From NCBI GenBank assembly GCA_051362555.1, contig CM120640.1, positions 33,809,967-33,873,966 of the forward strand: a stretch of 64,000 nt of DNA, in the 5' to 3' direction. This DNA is from Lingula anatina (taxonomy: Eukaryota; Animalia; Brachiopoda). The number at the start of each line of letters is the position of its first letter. The first letter of the stretch is position 1. The notes beneath the pieces were generated by a model that saw nothing but the letters and a program-made list of their open reading frames with translations, made no database searches and had not been told where the DNA came from. Of the stretch, positions 12,201 through 21,035 are shown piece after piece. The translations under genes were made by a program, and so were the position numbers.

Positions 12201-13469
12201 GGTGACCAGCTTTAACTTTGAGTTGTTACAAGACATCGTCACCATGGGCTACAATGTTAACCTGGATATCAGAGATGGAAATGGTAAGTGTCATATATGT
12301 GATAGATACAATACTAGTCGCTGAGCTGTATGTGAAATATAACGAGTGTATTGGCGAGCCGCAGGCGAGACAATACACGAGTAATTTTCACATGCAGCTC
12401 GGCGACAAGTGTTGTATCTGGCTTAAACCACGGCCTCTGATTGGCTACTACACTAGTAGTGCAACTGACCGTGGAACGCACTCGTGCATGACGTGCTTGT
12501 ATGTCGAATACAAGAGTGTTTTGTTCTACGTGCTAGCCGTGGTTTAAGTTCACTAATACCATGGCTGGCGCTTCAAAAATACAATAATTACGCTTGTGTT
12601 TGGCAAGCATCCTTGCCTCAATTTCATACACTAAGGTGCATTTGTCTTATTGACAATGTTCAAAGTACCAGCCATGGTATACATTAGTTACAACTACATG
12701 TTGTCCACTTTATGCAACATGCAAAAGTGTAATTATATCCAGGTGCAACCGACTCATGTTGTAACTAGTACAGATATGTTTATACCATCAAAATAAGTGT
12801 ATACACTTTAGCAAACCAATGCTTAGCACTTATTTTTACACCAATGTTGTTCAACATCTGATTGTCTAAATGTTGTGTAATTTTAAAGAGTCTCATTTTA
12901 GTTTTAAACGCTGATACCTGAAGCAGCTCTTTCAAATAAAGGTAACTACCGATTTTTAAAAAAAATGATGACCTTTCTTTACAGGTGTGACTGCTCTTGA
13001 ACACGTCTCCCTCAATGACAAATTTGTCCGCCAGCCTGAAGTGGCCGCCTTCTTGGTAGCATACGGTGCTAACTGGAAAAAGCTACGCTCCAAACAACTA
13101 ACTCTGCTCCAGCAAGAGCTTCTGACTAAATACACAGACCGCGTTCTTCTCCATGCCATGGCGGACAGTGCTGCATCGTTACCAACTGTCGAATCTCTGG
13201 ATCTGGATACCCTCACAGCTCGCGGTGGCATGATCCGTCCGCACATGCCAAGGTTAGCATTTTCCGAGGAGAAACTAGAGTGGTACAAGAACTTGAGCAG
13301 AAACCCAAGAACACTGCAACATAACTGTCGTTGTGCAATAAGGTCGGCAATGGGAATGAAGAGACTGAAACATATTGCCATCTTGCCTCTCCCACAGTCA
13401 CTGAGGGATTATTTGTTTTTGAATATCCACCAGCATTTAGCCAGTTTAGAAGGGGCTAATGGGGTCTAA
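406..13469 (+). CDS. Ankyrin repeat and SOCS box-containing protein (ASB family), 5 exons: 406-655, 1058-1204, 1706(or 1709)-1933, 12074-12283, 12985-13469
   Basis: All introns are GT-AG, phase 1 and join in frame. Ankyrin motifs TPLQICAEHG, TAVHLAAEKG, TALHLAAKNN, TSLYIAAHEA, TPLHECVRHG, TPLHLAVQ. C-terminal SOCS box PRTLQHNCRCAIRSAMG...ILPLPQSLRDYL. Stop TAA at 13467-13469. Confidence 0.9.
1058..1204 (+). CDS. ASB-like gene exon 2 (ankyrin repeat)
   Basis: ttacag acceptor; ALDAKDRFEVTAVHLAAEKGYFQCLKALLDAGADCN; donor GTTAG at 1205; too short for the ORF track. Confidence 0.88.
1706..1933 (+). CDS. ASB-like gene exon 3 (two ankyrin repeats)
   Basis: tttcagcag tandem acceptor; GTTALHLAAKNNHVECVKELILSGADFN; donor GTAAG at 1934. 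Confidence 0.88.
1942..2308. mobile_element. Fold-back MITE (Harbinger-like ends) starting just inside intron 3 and hosting a nested MITE
   Basis: Inverted arms gattcaatctaactcagaggggattct / agaatcccccgtggatag..atcaatc and aattgcattcagtttaagc / gcttaaactgaatgcaatt; related sequence at 1617-1660 and 35515-35728. Confidence 0.5.
2102..2263. mobile_element. hAT-like MITE with 5-bp TSD
   Basis: Termini CAGGGGCGGAT...ATCCGCCCCTG; GATAG duplicated at 2097-2101 and 2264-2268; second family member at 34704-34816. Confidence 0.75.
2375..4993 (-). mobile_element. Degenerate hAT (ZNF862-like) DNA transposon with TIRs and 6-bp TSD
   Basis: TIR CAGGGATCTTCCTGG / CCAGGATTATCCCTG; ATACTG on both flanks; transposase fragments SRSFQQKWLTSYTWL (TTF zinc-finger region), LGTDGASVMTG, THCSAHRLAL, HTADCERAFSSQN (dimerisation domain); frameshifted. 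Confidence 0.85.
5560..6140 (-). mobile_element. Gypsy LTR retrotransposon 3' fragment (post-integrase tail, polypurine tract, start of 3' LTR)
   Basis: RNVSLKGK..LADRWRPEVFLVTNQLNSDTPVFVVKPEVGKG resembles the Gypsy pol C-terminus; PPT AGGGGGAGGA followed by TGT at 5618 on the minus strand. Confidence 0.7.
6148..6619. repeat. Tandem duplication of a 236-bp unit (6148-6383, 6384-6619)
   Basis: Two copies that read identical by eye; the second ends GGGGG followed by TTAA (piggyBac-like terminus). Confidence 0.9.
6840..8420 (-). mobile_element. Degenerate DDE transposase fragments, probably Sola2-like
   Basis: Motifs ILADFAENH, SDDLDHD, YFSDNCDRQYRN, ATSHGKSPCDCIGGIIKR on the minus strand with many stops and frameshifts; superfamily assigned from motif recall. 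Confidence 0.6.
8574..8857. mobile_element. MITE with CCC termini and 2-bp TSD (CMC/EnSpm-like non-autonomous element)
   Basis: TIR CCCGCACGAAAACGCAGTAG / CTACTGCATTTTTGTGCGGG; TT on both sides; internal repeated ctactgca motifs. Confidence 0.7.
8954..9890 (-). mobile_element. Pogo/Tigger-family (DDE_1) transposase fragment containing a GT-AG intron at 9589-9846
   Basis: GRKLPSMIIFK|GKRDPDVTAPPGWVVTANPPGWMKKEVMLLWIKEVL...LLIMDSF...IIPGGCTSLAQPLDVSLNKPFK. Confidence 0.85.
10083..11324. mobile_element. Internally deleted PIF/Harbinger transposon
   Basis: TIR GGGCCAATTCCATAAAAGCATTCTAA at both ends; TSD CAG; transposase N-terminal stub on + (ERVFWDRRNPFDDVELVKRYRFSR, ~10330-10420); Myb/SANT ORF on -. 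Confidence 0.9.
10671..11048 (-). CDS. Harbinger-associated Myb/SANT-like DNA-binding protein (probably truncated)
   Basis: RKPTYSTQEYLFIAECYEEFKDTI...TNARKNKAWESILNQHKAKFPNVSRSLEDL plus coiled-coil tail; lies inside the Harbinger TIRs. Confidence 0.6.
   Translation of the reverse strand: MASSASGKRQRKPTYSTQEYLFIAECYEEFKDTIDSQHKDANTNARKNKAWESILNQHKAKFPNVSRSLEDLEDKILQTDFRFSCKLIQQENLKLKLKKLKLEIELNASTHKDDTDHSSPVYFSL
11380..11900 (-). mobile_element. Possible BEL/Pao gag N-terminal remnant
   Basis: Helical minus-strand peptide ARKIREVELAVTEDDAHGVEGTINVLREVFAAFQEELDNVHDLNESESW; weak resemblance only. Confidence 0.3.
12074..12283 (+). CDS. ASB-like gene exon 4 (ankyrin repeats)
   Basis: ttacag acceptor; ETPLHECVRHGQRRAVRELLKHGSDVNHKNNAGFTPLHLAV; donor GTAAGT at 12284. 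Confidence 0.88.
12304..12419. repeat. Long imperfect hairpin, likely part of a non-autonomous (Crypton-like) element in intron 4
   Basis: ~46-bp imperfect arms around a GC core gcgagccgcaggcgag. Confidence 0.6.
12985..13469 (+). CDS. ASB-like gene exon 5 (SOCS box, stop)
   Basis: tttacag acceptor; BC-box and Cul5-box pattern TLQHNCRCAIR...LPLPQSLRDYL. Confidence 0.9.
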
Positions 13470-13526
13470 ACTTTATCAGTCTAAGACTAACATTTATTAT
13501 GTAAATACTTTGATTTCTTATTTTTA

Positions 13527-13564
13527 TCTCCGCCAACAAAGGAGAATTGTGTTTTCTCTGGCAA

Positions 13565-13614
<50 letters not shown>

Positions 13615-13746
13615 TAGTGGACAAAATCACTCTCATTTAAGTTCTTCACAAATTTTGATGAAATTTGGAGGGATAAGAGGGATTGGCAGCTATTCCAGAG
13701 GGAAGAAGGGATTAAGATTTCAAGTGAACCAGGGTCTGGTAGGGTT
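13527..13746 (+). mobile_element. 5' fragment of a Helentron/HINE-like element with poly-T tract, interrupted by the next element
   Basis: Starts after a T-run with ATCTCCGCC..GGAGA; continues with tcacaaattttgatgaaatttgg, typical of HINE cores. Confidence 0.45.
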
Positions 13747-14774
13747 TTATTGTACCACCAGCATAGGCGCTGGCGGTACACATGGTTTTAGTCCCGACCC
13801 GTATGTTCCGCCGGCTCCGCCGGCTCCTGCGGCTCCGCCGGCTCCGCCGGCTCCTGCGGCTCCGCCGCCAAGTCACCGTTACCGCTTCTCCTCCTAGACG
13901 GTACGGGCCTCCATACCCATCTCTTGGATTTAGGTCACCTATAATCTCAACTCGTTCCACGTAAAATTTGGGCTTTGTCGGTATTGGGGTCTAGGTGTGG
14001 CACTCATTGCAATGCACCCTTGTCCAAAAATGGCAAAATTAAATGCTAATTATCTCCCCTACGGAAGGAATTATGGGAAAAATTTCTACAGACAGCTTTC
14101 CAAAAGTCATATGTGTAGATTTCAAATATGCCCTTGGATTTGACCTTTGACCTTTATTTCAAGGTCAAACGGGCCAAAATTTTCAAAAAAAAAAAATTTT
14201 TGCCGAAAAAAAAATTATTTGCGGTCTTATTCAGCCACCACACAGACTTAACTAATAATATTAATGGAAAGTGTTACCCTTCGGGTCATCTTTCATCTCC
14301 GTGAATTTGGGGTCAATCGGTGCATTTTCACGGGAGTAGCGGCCATAAGATATCGAAACTGAAAACTGTCTCTAATTCGGGAACCGTTAATGCTAGACAC
14401 CCATTCTTTTTTGCATTTTGTAGAGCATGTAAAGCCTAACACTGTAGGTGGTCTCCGTTTTTTTGTATTCCATACGGTTTTCGAGTTACGCTGTATCAAA
14501 AAGTACATATTGGTGGTGAAAGCAAAATGTGCAGTACGGTAATGGATAATAAATTTTGAACTCCGGAAAAATAAAACATAAGGCTTGGCAAAGCAGACAA
14601 CTTGTGGTCAAAAATGACATTATTTCATCAAATTTGAACATCTGGAACTTCAGAGCACCTCCCATTTCAAGAATTTTGACCAAAATGACCTTTTCTTTAT
14701 TTTAATTAATTTTTTCTGTACGAAATTTATGGCACATTATGGTAACTCCAAAATTATAACATTTAGTCCCTTAT

Positions 14775-15367
14775 ATCTCCAAAACTGGCAGAGATAGGTC
14801 CATAGTTACTATTGAACTTGAATAGGAAGTCATATATTGGCAATCTAAATGTGACCTTAAAATTGACCTTTGACCTACTTTTCACCATGAACTGAACTTT
14901 GCAAATTTTGCCTCCCTTTTATCTCCAAAACTGGCAGAGATAGGTCCATAGTTACTATTGAAGTTGAATAGGAAGTCATATACTGGCAATCTAAAGGTGA
15001 CCTTAAAATTGGCCTTTGACCTACTTTTCACCATGAACTGAACTTTGCAAATTTTGCTTCCCTTTTATCTCCAAAACTGGCAGAGATAGGTCCATAGTTT
15101 CTATTGAACTTGAATAGGAAGTCATATACTGGCAATCTACATGTGACCTTAAAATTAACCTTTGACCTACTTTTCACCATGAACTGAACTTTGCAAATTT
15201 TGCTTCCCTTTTATCTCCAAAACTGGCAGAGATAGGTCCATAGTCTCTGTTGAACTTGAATAGGAAGTCATATACTGGCAATCTACATGTGACCTTAAAA
15301 TTGACCTTTGACCTACTTTTCACCATGAACTGAATTTTGCAAATTTTGATTCCCTTTTATCTCCAAA
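14775..15367. repeat. Tandem array of a 146-bp unit, 4 copies (array 1)
   Basis: atctccaaaactggcagagataggtccatag recurs at 14775, 14921, 15067, 15213 and partially at 15359. Confidence 0.95.
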
Positions 15368-15657
15368 GTTACGCTGTATCAAAAAGTACATATTGGTGGT
15401 GAAAGCAAAATGTGCAGTACGGCAATGGATAATAAATTATGAACTCCGGAAAAATAAAACATAAGGCTTGGCAAAGCAGACAACTTGTGGTCAAAAATGA
15501 CATTATTTCATCAAATTTGAACATCTGGAACTTCAGAGCACCTCCCATTTCAAGAATTTTGACCAAAATGACCTTTTCTTTATTTTAATTAATTTTCTCT
15601 GTAGGAAATTTATGGCACATTATGGTAACTCCAAAATTATACCATTTGGTCCCTTTT

Positions 15658-16220
15658 ATCTCCAAAACTGGCAGAGATAGGTCCATAGTCTCTATTGAAC
15701 TTGAATAGGAAGTCATATACTGGCAATCTACATGTGACCTTAAAATTGACCTTTGACCTACTTTTCACCATGAACTGAACTTTGCAAATTTTGCTTCCCT
15801 TTTATCTCCAAAACTGGCAGAGATAGGTCCATAGTCTCTATTGAAATTGAATAGGAAGTCATATACTGGCAATCTAAAAGTGACCTTAAAATTGACCTTT
15901 GACCTACTTTTCACCATGAACTGAACTTTGCAAATTTTCCTTCCCCTTTATCTCCAAAACTGGCAGAGATAGGTCCATAGTTACTATTGAACGTGAATAG
16001 GAAGTCATATACTGGCAATCTAAGTGTGACCTTGAAATTGACCTTTGACCTACTTATTATCATGAACTGAACTCTGCTAATTTCTTTCTCTTTGAACTCC
16101 AAACCTGGCAGAGATAGGCCCATAGTTACTATTGAAGTTGAATAGGAAGTCATATACTGGCAATTTACTGTGACCTTGGAATTGACCTTTGACCTACCTT
16201 ACGATGAACTTAACTTTGAT
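15658..16220. repeat. Tandem array of the same 146-bp unit, about 4 copies (array 2)
   Basis: Unit starts at 15658, 15804, 15950 and ~16096; last copy diverged. Confidence 0.93.
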
Positions 16221-17768
16221 TGTACCATTTTTAGTTATATATATATTGTTTGCATATTTTGAAAATTCTTGTTGATTGCATTTTTACAGCTTGTCAAGCA
16301 CAAGACTGGTGGCTGTGTTCCTTATTTTGTATATGTGGGGGTCTATACGAATGCGCTTGCTCCAGCTGGTGGTACAATATTCGGAGGCGGTATCGCCTCT
16401 CTGATCCTCTAGTTATTATTTTTTTTTTTTTCTTGTAGGATGTAAAATGTACACTCTAGTTACTTTGTTAAATAGTGGCAAACATTTGCAAGTCCATGAG
16501 ACATAGAGGCAGCTTGTTGTGATTTGGTGCTAAATTCAGAGTGATATCCAGTGTAGTTATTGCAGGTGCTACAATGGTTATGTACTTGTGCAGTGTAGGT
16601 AGTATGTTACAAACCTAAGATTTATTATTTATCAGATGAGAGTAATGTCTGTGAATGTATAAAAGCAATGAAGAAAAATACTAAGCAAGATTTTTAAGTT
16701 AAGCAGAATTTTCAGGCTGAGGTCTTTGTAAAATATTTAATGTAAATATGGAAAAAGATGTACAGTAGCAGTAATGTACTTCGTATTATCCATGAATGAT
16801 CCTAATATACACATTTGTAAAAATGAATAAATGTTTATTTTTGTAGTATTGAATGTTTTGCAGAGTGTGATACTTCTGTTCATATTGTGGAATTTGGTCC
16901 CATTCCTTATTTTACACATTTTTAAGTCAAGGCAATTTTATTTTTGTGTCACACCAAACTTATTCTTTATATAATACAAGAAAACGCGTAAAATAAAGCT
17001 GTTTGTTAAATTCCCTCATCAAGTGTCAGTCTCTTTGTTTCACCTGGTTTTGAAAATCTGTAATTGGATACAATAAGAAATTTTATTTCTTTTCAAATTT
17101 TTATTTCCTATTTTTATTTTCCATATGTTGGCCAAGTGATTGCAGGATTTATTATTATTTTGAAATTTAGGGCAATTCGAAGAAAATTCTTGGAGCACAA
17201 GCATATGTAGTATGTTTGTACAGTGTGACGAAGTTAGAAGTTTGTTACGTATGCCCCTATTCCCCAAATCTAGGTATCTGAATGTTATATGTTTAGGGTT
17301 AATTTCTATAATATTTTGTGGCATTAAATCCTTAAATTAGACCAATGGCAAACAGGCCATCTCTCTGCGGATTAAAGGGGGCCCCTTCAATCAGCTATAG
17401 GCTCGAGGAGCCTGGAAACCCCCTTCCCTCCCATTCCTAAAGTTAGTGTTTAGTTTCCAGTTTCGTTTTTCAAAAATGAACCTGGCAACTAGAAACTAGT
17501 TTTGTTTTTCAAAAACTTTTCTGACGCTGAGAAACCAAAATTGGGAGCTGGACTGGACGGAGGAAGAGCCGTCGGGCGATTAGCGTCAACAGCAAACAGG
17601 TAACATGCCCCGAATATTCCTAAAAAAAAACGTTATTTTCTCCTACCAGTGTTCAAAATGTAGCTATACCCGTCTCTACACATGTCGTCGATGTTTTATC
17701 CATTTCTAATCAAACACTAAAACGATACGCTGAGCACCGAATGCAACAGATAAGATCAGTTCTGTTCC

Positions 17769-17784
17769 CCTCCAGATGGCGCCA
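17769..17784 (+). promoter_or_regulatory. CTCF-like binding motif
   Basis: CCTCCAGATGGCGCCA matches the CTCF core consensus; a single motif match only. Confidence 0.4.
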
Positions 17785-20669
17785 AAGTACGGTTTGGTTT
17801 GTCAAACCTGGCAAAAACTGCTCAGATTACGGCATGCAGTTGACCATATAAGGATATAGCCAGTGACCTACATAATTCCATTTTACTTTGGGGTGTGTAA
17901 GGGTCTGAAGCTTAATTTAATAAATTAATCTAGTGTATTTTGAAATATGCGGGACACAAAAGCTTACTGTGCATTACTATTTTAGTGCATTGTATATCAA
18001 ATTTTGTCTGCCAAATTATGGTTACTGCTAAATACAAGGGGCGGTCACTCAGCTCTTCTTGCTTCCTACCCCCATAGATCATTTGAAACCTGAACCTTTG
18101 GAAGAGATGTCACTTCTTCAGTTCTGAGTGACCAGGGTGTGGATCCGAGGCGGTCAGGATACAAGTATATGGATATTTCAGTTTTAACCGATTCAACGAA
18201 ACGTTCTAAGACAATGGATTTAGGTATTTGTCGATAAGTTATCTTTGATGCATTTAAAAAATGGGTTCGACGCCTACATTTTGAATACTGGATTTTGCCA
18301 TCCACCAAAATTTTCCTGGCGTGATGTTTTGTGTCTTCCGTGCCTCCTTCATTTCATTACGTACCTCAAGATAGTGAAAATTGCATGTTTTAACATACAC
18401 AGAATTTTTAACTACACCGGTAGAATTAGTAGTGGCAGTAAAGTTTTCCATGTGAAATGGTCAAGATGGGAAAATTTCCGTGGAATGGCTCTTTTAGATT
18501 TTGGGCTAATGAAATTTAGTGAGTGGTTTTTAATCAAATTGTGTGTCATAATTATAGTGCAGTAAAATAATCTCAGTCGAAAACTAAAGAACAGGGTAAA
18601 AGTTTAGTGATAAACTTCAATTTCTAATTTTGTCATGTTTTCACAAATAATACCATAAATTTAATGTTTCGATCTATTGAAGTATGTGACCTAGTTAATA
18701 GTTACACTGCTTTCTGCGCGACTGACTATGAAAGCAGCCATTTTCAAGGCATAGTGGGCGAATTGCAAGTAGTGTTTGGACGTAATTTTGATATTTCTCA
18801 TTTATGGCTAATGCCAATATCGCGTTGTCAAATCAAAACGCTCTGTCCAAAGCAATTTGCCATGATTTTTTACCTCCAAAATTTAAAGCCTTTTGTAAAA
18901 CAATCAAAACGCAGCATAATTAACACTGTGTAGTCATTAGTAACAAAACTTTTATTTCGCCAAGGAATAAAACCGCCTCTTATGCCTTGAAATATCTTTT
19001 ACTATAATTATAAGTCTGCGCTTTCCTCCGTGACGTTTGTAAAACTATTTGCGGTATTCTTCAGCAAGGCAGCAAGTTGTCACTTGACGTTTATTTCAAT
19101 GCAAATGCTTTGTAGAGAAATAAATCATACTGAAGCAGTCTTAACTTATTGATCTTATAAACAATTCATAATTTAGTCTATTTCTAGAATTGTTTAATGC
19201 TTAGTTGAAAAAATTCTATCAAAAGACTAAAAAATTCTCATATTTTTTTTTTATTTTCTGAATTGCAAGCATTTTACTTGTCACTCGAAACTTAGCATTT
19301 ACAGTATTTTCACTAGCTTCAAATTCCTGGAATTAAATTCCTAATTTTGAAGGCATGCAATGCTACTTAAAAGTTTAATAAAGCAAAAAAAAAAGAAAAA
19401 AAAATCTGGAAATTTGGGCGATTTTCCCTTTAGATTTACTTTATCCAGAAACCGTTTCGAAAACTACTATCTGAAACCTGTATGGGGTTAAAAATTTTAT
19501 AATTCTATGGCCACGTGTGAAATTCACAAGTCTTTATCTCCATAGCGAGGGTGACTCAAAATCTAGCTACTTGAAACTCGTATTTGTATAATCTTTCAAA
19601 GTTTGAAAACTTGCTGTCGTGTTGAGCGAAAACTGTCATTTTAACGGACCACAATCTATCATTTTGTTCAAGTAGTGGAGAATATTAAGTTCACACATAT
19701 AAGACTTTTTTCTAATTTGTGAAAATTGTATGTAGTCGCAAAGTGATTTGGCTGATACAACTATATGTTCTCTTATGAGAAAAATATATATGTTAAGAAA
19801 GGTAAAACCATTTGCTAAAAATTTTTGGACTTTAAAATATAAATGTAAGGAGGTGTAAGTAATACCATGATTTGCCCCTCCATTTTGCGTAGGTTTGATA
19901 ATTACAGATGTTACAATTGCTCAAATGCTTTTTTTTTTCAATAATCAGTGTCTCTAGGGGTTGTTTTTTCACATTCCCCATTGAAGTGTATCTCTTGTAG
20001 TGTATGAACGTATTGCTTGCTGTTAAATGTAGGAATTTATTTCACAAATGGCTTGTGACAATTTTTGAAAAATATAGTAAAAATGTGTTTATCCTTCCAA
20101 GCAATAACTGTTGGAATTTTATGTCGTATCAATTGTAGAAAAAAGCCATATTCTGAAAAAAATTACAGCACCTTGTGATCAAAATGAAACGAAAACAATG
20201 GCAGATACATGGTATTTTGAAAGGGTGTCACATTTTGAAATTCTTGGTAATTTGGAGTATTTTTATGACTTTTAAAATTGTGATATCAGAGTGAGTCTCT
20301 TTTGATTTTTCCCTCGGTGGTGTGGGGTGAGACAGATAATAGAGCTGCCGTTGTTTTTGTTAAAAAGGAAATTTAAAAAATCTGATTGTCAATTTTATCT
20401 GAAATAACTTGTTTAATATTATAACAAGCTCAAACATTAGTCAAGTAGTTCATTAGATAGTTTATTTATCAAATCAAACTTGAGTGGGTCTTAATGCAGA
20501 GATCAATATTTTTCAGATATCTGAATAGTCAAAACTTATTGTGATTAAAATATTTTTAAAAAATCTTTAACAAGTGGATGTTTGAAAATATAAGAATACA
20601 TCAATGTCAGTTTATTTTGTTCCAAATAAAATACTTTTACAATTATATGCCAAGTGACTTAGCGTTTTC

Positions 20670-21035
20670 ATTGGCTCGGTGAAACTCTAGGGATGGGGGT
20701 TCGATTCAAGTACTTGGAACATAGTAAATACTTTTCCAGAAGGGCTTTTAAGAATTCACTTTAGTTACTATAAAAGAAAAGTCTACCAGGGGTGGGTGGG
20801 CGGGAACACTTGGGAGAGTGGATAGCACGCGCGACTCGGTCCCAGCAAGACTTGGGTTCGAAACCTGGCGCTTCTAGGTCCCAGCAAATTACCTTTTGCA
20901 AAAAAAATCATAACGAGTAATTTAAACTCCAACAAATGGGTCCTACGACTATATGAGAAACCAGAAGAGCCCCTGGCTCAGTAGATAAGACGGCAGAATA
21001 GTAACCAGGAGAATCGTGGTTCGAGGTGAGCTGGG
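20670..21035 (+). other. Cluster of three degenerate tRNA-like (Pol III A/B box) remnants, SINE head or pseudo-tRNA
   Basis: B-box-like GGTTCGATTC (20698), GGTTCGAAACC (20855), GGTTCGA (21018), each preceded by an A-box-like motif such as TGGCTCAGTAG (20974); no intact cloverleaf seen. Confidence 0.45.

Larger units (their letters stand above)
13748..16413 (+). mobile_element. Complete non-autonomous Helentron (HINE/DINE-1 type) carrying tandem-repeat arrays
   Basis: 5' subTIR TATTGTACCACCAGC with adjacent hairpin partner, then (CCGGCTCCG)n; 3' subTIR GCTGGTGGTACAATA at 16365-16379; terminal hairpin GGAGGCGG-TA-TCGCCTCT; CTAG+TT end; inserted in a T-run. Confidence 0.85.

Noticed and set aside
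13547-13964. Poly-Phe, Pro/Ala-rich and Arg-rich (protamine-like) ORFs
   Set aside because: Translations of a poly-T tract and the (CCGGCTCCG)n repeat of the Helentron
14486-15566. Duplicated 65-aa ORFs
   Set aside because: By-product of the 883-bp internal duplication; no protein motif
14775-16220. CRISPR-like repeat array
   Set aside because: Units are contiguous near-identical 146-mers without unique spacers, in eukaryotic DNA inside a Helentron
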